From: Candidatus Heimdallarchaeota archaeon B3_Heim
Lineage (GTDB): Archaea > Asgardarchaeota > Heimdallarchaeia > Hodarchaeales > Hodarchaeaceae
DNA length: 32,000 nucleotides
NCBI GenBank assembly: GCA_003144275.1
Contig: NJBF01000020.1
Span: 43,255 to 75,254, forward strand
Direction: 5' to 3'
The notes below the pieces were generated by a model, which ran no database searches, was not told where the DNA came from, and worked only from the letters and a program-made list of their open reading frames with translations. Positions 24,469-32,000 of this stretch are shown in pieces; position 1 is the stretch's first letter, and each line of letters opens with the position of its first letter. Made by a program: the position numbers and the translations under genes.

Positions 24469-25164
24469 TTAACTAGGGCTTAAACGTGTTTTCCAATCGG
24501 ATACTGATTGACTGATCTCTTTTTTGATTTTTGAAACCGATTCGGGGTTTGATGTCTTGTTTTGGACATCTTTTTGTAAGCTCTGTACATAGCGATTCAT
24601 TTCATATGAAATTGTACCTGAATTAACGAGGGTGTAGAGATCTTCTTTCGCTGCACGGATGATACTGATTAAATCCTGGGAGGTGATTGCATTATTAACT
24701 TTAGAAAGAAATGAATCAAAAAAAATACTTACTTTTCTTTGATCAGAACCTTCAAGCGATTGCCTATCGTTGATTTCAGTGGCAATTCCAACGACAGCAT
24801 TTGAAATTATAGGCTGTAATCTTAGCATTTCATGAGTTATCGTTGTTTCTAAGTTCTCATCGACGATTGCTGTTAAAACAACTTTAGGATCAGAATCGAT
24901 AACAGTTGAAAGAAGTAAACCTCCCGTAGTCCTCACACTCATATTTACAAAATCCCCTGACAGCTCGCGTGCTATTGTATCTCCAGTAGGAACAACTAAA
25001 CTACTTAGAGCACTGAGAGCAGTTTCACTGTCAGCATCCTCTGATTTTAAACTTGATTGGGTTACCATTGGTAGGCCAGACATATCAGAAAGAACACAAA
25101 TTTTTGCGCCTAGTTCAACAATAGAATTGATAAGCACAGATAAGGATTTAACATCAATACTCAC
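24469..25164 (-). CDS. Roadblock/LC7 domain protein with C-terminal helical domain
   Basis: CVLSDMSGLPMV...ALSALSSLV...MSVRTTGGLLLS...VVLTAIVD Roadblock pattern, then ~100-aa helical extension; GTG start. Confidence 0.75.
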   Translation of the reverse strand: MSIDVKSLSVLINSIVELGAKICVLSDMSGLPMVTQSSLKSEDADSETALSALSSLVVPTGDTIARELSGDFVNMSVRTTGGLLLSTVIDSDPKVVLTAIVDENLETTITHEMLRLQPIISNAVVGIATEINDRQSLEGSDQRKVSIFFDSFLSKVNNAITSQDLISIIRAAKEDLYTLVNSGTISYEMNRYVQSLQKDVQNKTSNPESVSKIKKEISQSVSDWKTRLSPS

Positions 25165-25651
25165 AGTAATCTCTTCCTAGATATCAGTGGGAGGCTCACC
25201 TAGATTAAAATCTTAAAATTAAAAAAACCTTTGAAACACTTCTTCAGAAATTTGACAATAATCAGATTTGAATTTGACAAAAATAGGATCAAATGATAGA
25301 GTCATGTTTTATTTAGTATATTTAAGCCTTAAGCCCTCTACTTAGTTGATAAGAGGATTAAAATGTAGTATGAAGCATTACGTGAATAAAATTTTTGATT
25401 ACCTTTTCCGTATTAGCAGAAAGGGGATTATTTCAATTTTAGTGTTCTCAAATGTGTTTTTTATTAGACCGTTCATCGAACAGATGTCTATTCACAAGTT
25501 TTCCTCTCTTCCATTTTATCGAGCTCACCAATATATATATTAGAAATGTCTCTAAAATACCTTCATAACCCTATGACAGCTTTCAAATGCTATTCTTTCC
25601 CCGTAAAAGATAGATAATCTTTTCTATTGGCTGCCTTCGAAGGTACAATAA

Positions 25652-26842
25652 ATGGAAATCTCAACTAATGTTAGCAAGATAAAATATGCAATCAGAGATA
25701 TATTGATTTCCGCAAAAGAAGTTGAGAAGACTGGCAAAAAATTGTATTATTTTAATATTGGCGACCCTGATAAATACGATTTTGATACACCACAATTTCT
25801 AAAAGACGCGCTGGTCGAAGCTATTACTGTGGATAAAGCTAATTATTATAGTGAATCCATGGGCGATAGTGAATTACGAACAGAGATAGTAAATAGGCAG
25901 AAACGTCTCTGGGGAACTGAATTAAACCCTGAGAAAATTCTAGTTACTGCTGGTGTTTCAGAAGCAATTTCTATAATTTCTGGAAGCATGGCTCCAGGAA
26001 CCGAGGTGCTAGTCCCCTCTCCTGTGTACCCCTCTTATCTCTCTTACTTTACCTTTCACGATATTTGTGGAATTGAATATAATACACAGGAATCACTTGA
26101 TTGGCAACCCGATATAGACGATATTCGAAACAAAATTACGCCAAAGACCCAAGCGCTCCTTATCATTAATCCTAATAATCCTACAGGTGCAGTTTATCCT
26201 CCAAAAAGTGTGAAAGCAATCACGGATATTGCAGGAGAATATAATCTGCTAGTCATATCAGATGAGATCTACGATTTATTAACCTATGAAGGAGGATATA
26301 AATCCACAGCATCTTTAACTGATGTGCCTGTATTAGAGTTAAATGGAATTTCTAAAACCCTTTTATCTCCTGGATGGAGATTAGGATGGGCAAATCTTAG
26401 AGATGAGGACGAAAAATACTCCCACTTATGGGAAGCGATGAATAAACAATCTAGAATCCGATTATGCGCGAATTCCCCCATTCAAAAGGCTGTAGCTAAA
26501 GTTTTGAACAATGATATGAATTTCCTCATTGAGGTTAATAGGAAATTAAAAGAAAGGGCTACTTATTTTGCTAAACGAATTAATGAAATGGAGGGATTAT
26601 CAGCGCGAATTCCACAAGGGGCATTTTATTCCTTCCCACGTATTGATTTACCTATTGATGATACTGAATTTGTTCTAAAGGTTCTCAAGGAAACAGGCGT
26701 AGTTTTTGTATTTGGTAGTGGATTTGGAGCTTTAGGTAAGCAACACTTTCGTTCAGTTGTGCTTCCAGAAATTAAAGTGATGGAAGAAGCGTTAAATCAC
26801 TTTGAATTATTTATGAAAAATTTAAACTTAAGCGTTAAGTGA
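25652..26842 (+). CDS. PLP-dependent aminotransferase class I/II (alanine aminotransferase-like)
   Basis: YFNIGDPDKYDFDTP, NPNNPTGAVY, SDEIYD, GISKTLLSPGWRLGW (PLP lysine), HFRSVVLP. Confidence 0.93.
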   Translation: MEISTNVSKIKYAIRDILISAKEVEKTGKKLYYFNIGDPDKYDFDTPQFLKDALVEAITVDKANYYSESMGDSELRTEIVNRQKRLWGTELNPEKILVTAGVSEAISIISGSMAPGTEVLVPSPVYPSYLSYFTFHDICGIEYNTQESLDWQPDIDDIRNKITPKTQALLIINPNNPTGAVYPPKSVKAITDIAGEYNLLVISDEIYDLLTYEGGYKSTASLTDVPVLELNGISKTLLSPGWRLGWANLRDEDEKYSHLWEAMNKQSRIRLCANSPIQKAVAKVLNNDMNFLIEVNRKLKERATYFAKRINEMEGLSARIPQGAFYSFPRIDLPIDDTEFVLKVLKETGVVFVFGSGFGALGKQHFRSVVLPEIKVMEEALNHFELFMKNLNLSVK

Positions 26843-27330
26843 TCAGAATGACACGGATAGACGAAATTAAAAAGATAGAGATTTTTCCTATTATTGGAGA
26901 TGAGAGTCATCTAAATGTAAAAGGATTGAAAGACGAAGACGGTCGAAATAGAACAGGCTTCTTCATTACAGGTATGAGATTTATTAACGTAGAGCAACCT
27001 GAACCGAGAAGGATAAGAGCCAGGATTACTTGGAATGCAGAGAATCAAGCTATCGAAATTGAAGAAAATGTATCTAGTGTAATGAAACGAGGAATTGCAC
27101 TTTCAGTATTCTTCTTAAAAATTAAAGAAGGTGAGGAAGGGTATGAATTCCAAGAACCAGTCACGGTCCGAGGAAACCCTGAATTTACGGATCAAACTTT
27201 TGAAGGGACTTCAATCAATTGTTCATGGTCGTCCAATCCACTTATGCTTGAGCTTTCTAGCACTGAAGGACGGTTTTTATCTGCGAAACTTCGCACAAAA
27301 CAGCAAATAATTGAAGTTCGGATTGGCTAA
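26839..27330 (+). CDS. Hypothetical beta-rich protein
   Basis: 163-aa ORF overlapping the aminotransferase stop by 4 nt (GTGA); host-like composition; no family recognised. Confidence 0.6.
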   Translation: MIRMTRIDEIKKIEIFPIIGDESHLNVKGLKDEDGRNRTGFFITGMRFINVEQPEPRRIRARITWNAENQAIEIEENVSSVMKRGIALSVFFLKIKEGEEGYEFQEPVTVRGNPEFTDQTFEGTSINCSWSSNPLMLELSSTEGRFLSAKLRTKQQIIEVRIG

Positions 27331-27561
27331 CATTCAGATTATTATTCGTGGCTCTCAGAAATACTAGTTTTCAACATTTACAACTCTCCAGAATGAATGA
27401 GCTAGAAGGCAAATCAGAGGTTTTAAAAAACCCTTTAGTTTGTTCTAATAAACAAGGACTAACATCTCTGTATATCTGAATAAATCAGTAAAACCCAATA
27501 TCTCTTCATATAGTACTGATCAGATTTAACGTGTTTCCAATAATCAGAAGGTAGTTTCAAT

Positions 27562-28794
27562 ATGAATCCAGATGATAAAGGTGAAATAGACCCTGCTTTG
27601 CGTAAAATAATGGAAATTCCTGACGATCAAGAATTACCAGATGATGCATTGATTGATGTAATGCTGAGAGCACTAGAAAGTAACCAGCTATTATTAAGAT
27701 CATCCGCAGTTCATCAACTTATTGACCTTGGAAAAAGAAATCCTGCGATAGCCATACCTAAGATTTTGAAAGCTCTAGACCCTTCAGTTGATTATTGGAC
27801 TGTTCGATTCGGCGCAGTTGAAGCATTAGGAGAAATAGCAAATAGGGACACTATAAAACCCTTGATTAAGTACTTAAGAGAGGATGACGATCCAGATTTT
27901 CGTGCTATGGTAGCAAAACAACTTGGAGAAATGGGAGAAATAGCTAAAGAGGCAGGAACCGCTCTAATAGAGGCAATAGCTAATAAAGATAGCTCTGAAA
28001 TAAGAGAAAATGCAGCTCATACATTAGGAGTGTTATCAGTAGATCAAGCTGTAATTCCGTTAATCAATGCCTTGAAAATCGAAGATGACAATTATGCTAA
28101 ACGTGAAATCTGCTGGGCGTTGGGAGAGATTAACAATTCTTCTGCATTACCAAGCCTGTTAGCAAATCTTTCGGATAAAGATAAAGAAACTAGAGCAAAA
28201 GCTGTTGAGGCCCTAGGAAAAATTGAGGAAGCGGAGTCTATCATACCTATTTTGAAAACTACAAAAGATAGAGATACTGGCGTTCAAGCAAAAGCTATAG
28301 AAGCATTAAAGAAATTCTCTACAAAGAAAATCATGACCGAATTTAGTAAAGTTGCAGAAAATGATTTGTTTGTAGTTTTGCAACATTTTCAAGATTATCT
28401 CTTCAATATCGATAATGAAGAGGTAACAAAGAAAGTACTTGAAATCAAAGAACCCATACTAAACGCGTACAAAGAAAAAATGAACAAAATAAAATCGGAA
28501 CTCGAAAGCTGCAAGATATTTGTAGAGGAAAACTTTGAGAATATAGCTAATTTAGGAAAAAAAGACCTAAAAGAACTTGTTGAAAAGAAAATTCCGAAGG
28601 TTGAAGCTAAAGTGGCAAATGTTTCTCTTTATGAGTTTAGAAAACAGAAATGGTTAGAAAATGACCTCTATTTCGATATTGAAGAGATTTCTAGCCTCTA
28701 CAAGGAATCAGGAGTAATGCTTTCAGAGCTCCGAGATAGTGTTCAGGACCTACTCAAGAAAGGTTTCTTACCAACATTGCGTGGAAACGATTAG
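27562..28794 (+). CDS. HEAT-repeat (PBS lyase-like) protein with C-terminal helical/coiled region
   Basis: Repeats VRFGAVEALGEI, FRAMVAKQLGEM, IRENAAHTLGVL, AKREICWALGEI, TRAKAVEALGKI. Confidence 0.9.
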   Translation: MNPDDKGEIDPALRKIMEIPDDQELPDDALIDVMLRALESNQLLLRSSAVHQLIDLGKRNPAIAIPKILKALDPSVDYWTVRFGAVEALGEIANRDTIKPLIKYLREDDDPDFRAMVAKQLGEMGEIAKEAGTALIEAIANKDSSEIRENAAHTLGVLSVDQAVIPLINALKIEDDNYAKREICWALGEINNSSALPSLLANLSDKDKETRAKAVEALGKIEEAESIIPILKTTKDRDTGVQAKAIEALKKFSTKKIMTEFSKVAENDLFVVLQHFQDYLFNIDNEEVTKKVLEIKEPILNAYKEKMNKIKSELESCKIFVEENFENIANLGKKDLKELVEKKIPKVEAKVANVSLYEFRKQKWLENDLYFDIEEISSLYKESGVMLSELRDSVQDLLKKGFLPTLRGND

Positions 28795-29002
28795 AAGTGT
28801 CCATAACAATAGATTGGAAAAATAGAAATGAGAGAAATAAAAATTAATCCATTCGGATAATCTTTACTCGCTTACCAATCCAAGAAGGGGGTAAATATAC
28901 ACGACCACTGTTTCCACTCTTCTTTACTTCCTTTTCTAGCATCTCTTCTCCATATACTTCAAATTTACTTTGACGAATCGGTTCACTCATATTTTTCTCC
29001 TC

Positions 29003-29476
29003 CTAGGGGGATTGGCCGATGTTTAATTCCAATGTTAAGTAATCAGAAAGCTTAAACCCTACCGTTGAAAAGAATTCCACTAAATCACCCCAATCCCAGG
29101 CGCATATAGTGCGAATACTATTTATTCCCTTTTCAGAGAAGTAAGAAATTACACGATTTGCTAAGGCGGTACCGACTCCCTGATCTTGAAATTCAGGATC
29201 AATTCCAAGTAGAGTAATCCAAGCAGCTAAATCATCTGTGCCATAAATATAGACTTTTGTTTCGGCCAAGAGATATCCAATTAATGTTCCATCCTGTAAA
29301 ATTACACCTAAACTTTCATCACCGTGTTTAATGATTTGTTCCTTTAATTGACTACGGAATAAAGGATTGCGTTTCCTTCGGACAATGAGTTCATCAATAC
29401 GCATTATCTCGTCAATATCATCAACAGAGAGAGGTCTGAATTGCAATTGAGCTTCGAGCTTTTTTGTTGTGTCCAT
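29003..29476 (-). CDS. GNAT-family N-acetyltransferase (start likely ATG 29476)
   Basis: AWITLLGIDPEFQDQGVGTAL motif A, VEFFSTVGF; SD-like GGAGATGA upstream. Confidence 0.9.
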   Translation of the reverse strand: MDTTKKLEAQLQFRPLSVDDIDEIMRIDELIVRRKRNPLFRSQLKEQIIKHGDESLGVILQDGTLIGYLLAETKVYIYGTDDLAAWITLLGIDPEFQDQGVGTALANRVISYFSEKGINSIRTICAWDWGDLVEFFSTVGFKLSDYLTLELNIGQSP

Positions 29477-29614
29477 AATGTCATCTCCGATTGATAGACC
29501 CAGCAATAATTGATAAATTAAATACCTTGTGAAGTTTCACTGGTTATCCTCTTTACATTCTTCTTCACTAACAGGAAGACATTCATATGATATTTCTTAT
29601 ACATTAACTTAGAA

Positions 29615-30715
29615 TCATGAGTTTTTATGATAGAGTTTAATGAATGCTACCGCTAGTAGTGACAAAATTATAATCCATGTGGACACTGCGGTTTGAAAGG
29701 TAAATGATGGTAGAGGAAAAAATGAATCAGTGTTTTGCTGAACTATCAGGAGAAAACTCTCTGTTGTTTGTCCAACTGCTTTTAGAGTTTCAGTACTAAT
29801 TTGGCTGAGAGTGTCACTTGTTGTATGCCAAGCTTTGTAGTTGTTAATAAAATCATCAATGATATCAACAGCGGGAACTCCCTTTTCTAGAAAGGGAAGA
29901 TGATCATCCGTGATCTTACTCCAAGATTTATTAATAAAAAATTGTGCATAATTCATTTTATCCGCTATATTCCAGATTTCCGAGACGAGGGACCGAGCGT
30001 ATTGATCTGAATACCCCTCACGCTTGAAAAGTGCATTATTCCCACCGACCATGTCGAAAAGAATTGCATACGTGATTTTGTCCTTTTGGAAGAGATTCGA
30101 ATTTACAAAGTACCGTGATCCGACTAACCAATTCCATCCAATACTCCCTTGATCTTCAGCATCAAAAAGGATGATTTTGAAATTTGAGATTTGATGCTTT
30201 AATAGTAAGACTCGGCCTAGTTCTAAAGCAACAGCAACCCCTGATGCCCCATCATTCGCCCCCATAACTGGATTCTTTCTTAAGGCAGGATTAGGATCTT
30301 GATCTGCCCATTTACGTGAATCATAATGTGCGAGAAGCAGAAAATACGACTGATTAGGATTTTGAATGGTGGGAGAAATGATCATGTTTACTAATGAGAC
30401 ATTTTCACCCTCAATCCACTCTTTAGAAAAATTTTGATATTCAATCTCCCACATTCCATCAATAACAGCCTTGTTTTCGATCATCTGCCTCGTCTTTTCT
30501 ATTGCTCCAGATCCAGGAATACGTGGTCCAAATTGAACTTGATCCTCAATTAATTCATAGGCTTTAGTTTTATTGAAGTATGGATTAAATGAACTTGTTA
30601 GATTGGTAGATAAATCGTGTCCTAAACCCAACCTAGGTGTAAAAGATAAAATCGGTAAAAAAAAGATGAAAATTAGCAAAAATAGTCTATATCTTTTTAT
30701 CATAGTTTTACTCAT
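29615..30715 (-). CDS. Secreted, C-terminally anchored M28-family metallopeptidase / glutaminyl-cyclase-like (start 30715 or 30703)
   Basis: Signal peptide KRYRLFLLIFIFFLPIL; AHYDS, GANDGASGV, FDAEDQG, FDMVG, TDDHLPF, WHTTSDT; C-terminal TM + basic tail. Confidence 0.88.
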   Translation of the reverse strand: MSKTMIKRYRLFLLIFIFFLPILSFTPRLGLGHDLSTNLTSSFNPYFNKTKAYELIEDQVQFGPRIPGSGAIEKTRQMIENKAVIDGMWEIEYQNFSKEWIEGENVSLVNMIISPTIQNPNQSYFLLLAHYDSRKWADQDPNPALRKNPVMGANDGASGVAVALELGRVLLLKHQISNFKIILFDAEDQGSIGWNWLVGSRYFVNSNLFQKDKITYAILFDMVGGNNALFKREGYSDQYARSLVSEIWNIADKMNYAQFFINKSWSKITDDHLPFLEKGVPAVDIIDDFINNYKAWHTTSDTLSQISTETLKAVGQTTESFLLIVQQNTDSFFPLPSFTFQTAVSTWIIILSLLAVAFIKLYHKNS

Positions 30716-31601
30716 CTGGTTTTGATTCTTCCCATTCTGCGACAATATTACGAGCATCATAAGCATATTTCGTCGCTTTTTCAGAAAATTGAGGATCAAA
30801 AGAGTCCAGATAATCTGATGTTTCCGCTTCTTTCACTTTTCTGATGTTTTCTTCAGCTAATTTTTCAAATTCTTCCAAATTTTCATTCTTTGCTGCGTCA
30901 CGTGCAATCTTCAGAGCCTCTAAAGCTTCCTGAAAATTCTGGCCATCAGCAGAAATGAGTCCTTTCGCAATTAAACTGGAGATCATCGCTTCGATCTTAT
31001 CTGATGCTAATGCTCGTTTCATAATTTCATCAATATCTTTGAGATCTAAGTTAATTGTTTTTGATTGCGATTTATCATCTGTTTCAAAGGATTCTAGAAT
31101 ATTCGCAGTTTGAATTGCTTGACGGATAAATTCTGTTGTTTGTGATAGAGCTGTTGTGAGCTCACGCGATGATGATTGGATCATAGCTCCCATATCTTTG
31201 ATAATCTTGTGGCTTTCTTCACCAATCTTGTCAATTAAAGAACCGACAATCCCTGGAAGAGTTCCTTTCTTATTATTTTCAACGTCTTCGAGTATTTGCG
31301 TAAGTAAGAATTCGGGTGAATGATCAATGGGTTCTAAATAAACATTTACGAACACATCTTTAGATCCGAATCTGAGATGGACGACCTTTGATTTTTTGAA
31401 CCAAGATCCGATAGTAGCAACAGAAGAATACTGCAGATCTTTCATTGGATAAGAACGGCTAAAATTATTGTCAGCTTTCTGTGGAGAAAAAACAATCATC
31501 GCTTCTTGGCATATTAAGGCTCCTAATTCATTTTTGATATCTGTAGACGGTTCCTCTTTCTTTAAAATTACACGATATGTTTTAATGTCCATCTGTAACA
31601 C
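30708..31601 (-). CDS. Hypothetical protein, N-terminal PH/GRAM-like beta domain + helical C-terminus
   Basis: GALICQEAMIVFSP...SRSYPMKDLQY...GSWFKKSKVVHLRF...VYLEP..PEFLLTQI is PH-like; remainder amphipathic/TPR-like helices. Confidence 0.55.
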   Translation of the reverse strand: MLQMDIKTYRVILKKEEPSTDIKNELGALICQEAMIVFSPQKADNNFSRSYPMKDLQYSSVATIGSWFKKSKVVHLRFGSKDVFVNVYLEPIDHSPEFLLTQILEDVENNKKGTLPGIVGSLIDKIGEESHKIIKDMGAMIQSSSRELTTALSQTTEFIRQAIQTANILESFETDDKSQSKTINLDLKDIDEIMKRALASDKIEAMISSLIAKGLISADGQNFQEALEALKIARDAAKNENLEEFEKLAEENIRKVKEAETSDYLDSFDPQFSEKATKYAYDARNIVAEWEESKPDE

Positions 31602-31719
31602 GATTTCAGTTGATAAAGCTAATCTTATTTGCTTTATGGTAACAGTATGGGACGAAATCTATTTCATAATTAATTTAATGATAAATCCTTACTGTTTTAA
31701 TAAGAAGGAAGAGTAATCT

Positions 31720-32000
31720 GTGTCAAAAGAACAGGATGCAAACCGTCACTATGATGAAGTATCATGCGGTGGAGTACCAGTATTTTTCCACGCAAACAAG
31801 AAACCAGATTATTTACTAGTTTTGCATAACACCCCTCATAAATATTGGGCTTTCCCGAAAGGAAGGCAAAATGAAGGGGAAACATATAAACAAACAGCCA
31901 TTCGAGAGATTAGCGAGGAAACAGGCACTAATAACTTTAAAATTATAAAGCGTCTGATAAGTGACTCAATTTACATTATTAAACGGTGTAAAAGAACAAG
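31720..32000 (+). CDS. Nudix hydrolase (Ap4A hydrolase-like), truncated by window end; not in the ORF track
   Basis: GTG 31720: MSKEQDANRHYDEVSCGGVPVFF...YWAFPKGRQNEGETYKQTAIREISEETG, a complete Nudix box GX5EX7REUXEEXG. Confidence 0.9.
   Translation, partial: MSKEQDANRHYDEVSCGGVPVFFHANKKPDYLLVLHNTPHKYWAFPKGRQNEGETYKQTAIREISEETGTNNFKIIKRLISDSIYIIKRCKRT

Noticed and set aside
24483-27541. AACGTGTTT(T)CCAAT occurring at 24483 and 27528
   Set aside because: One copy is inside coding sequence, and there are only two imperfect copies; likely chance
10-31885. Short antisense or overlapping ORFs in the track (e.g. 10..297, 1932..2180, 4127..4327, 5711..6013, 5851..6045, 7091..7273, 7340..7564, 8471..8707, 8776..8988, 9732..10031, 10939..11136, 11512..11787, 12349..12663, 15361..15609, 16613..16798, 19279..19464, 22432..22614, 23510..23695, 23878..24078, 25346..25543, 26284..26481, 31468..31716, 31697..31885)
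   Set aside because: Shadows of real genes or intergenic chance ORFs; no motifs, atypical composition
1-32000. CRISPR array, tRNA or rRNA genes
   Set aside because: No regularly spaced repeats, cloverleaf patterns or rRNA-conserved motifs were seen

Overview
AT-rich (~35% GC) archaeal chromosomal segment, most likely from an Asgard archaeon (Heimdallarchaeia/Hodarchaeales-like). This placement is inferred from TFE, archaeosine genes (arcS + RaSEA), an archaeal-type GGPP synthase, two Roadblock/LC7 proteins and a longin-like domain. Housekeeping content: tfe, idsA, HAD hydrolase, a COG1340 coiled-coil protein, a Phr-like regulator-grpE-dnaK-dnaJ operon (dnaJ apparently starting at CTG 7979), arcS-raSEA, a class I/II aminotransferase, HEAT repeat, GNAT, M28 peptidase and a truncated Nudix hydrolase. 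The central 12.5-24.5 kb is accessory and holds the most interesting items. (1) A predicted surface receptor with three PPC-like ectodomains, 3 TM helices and a cytoplasmic HEPN domain with an intact RxxxxH motif (a receptor-RNase, conceptually Ire1-like). (2) A degenerate FtsZ/tubulin-fold protein fused to a longin-like domain. (3) A CINP/C1orf109-like protein. (4) A solo IS607-type TnpB with a recognisable right end, omega-RNA scaffold and guide. (5) A TPR + tandem Ig-like protein. (6) An unidentified ~300-nt GC-enriched structured non-coding element. All family assignments are by-eye motif recognition against remembered family sequences; no searches were run.
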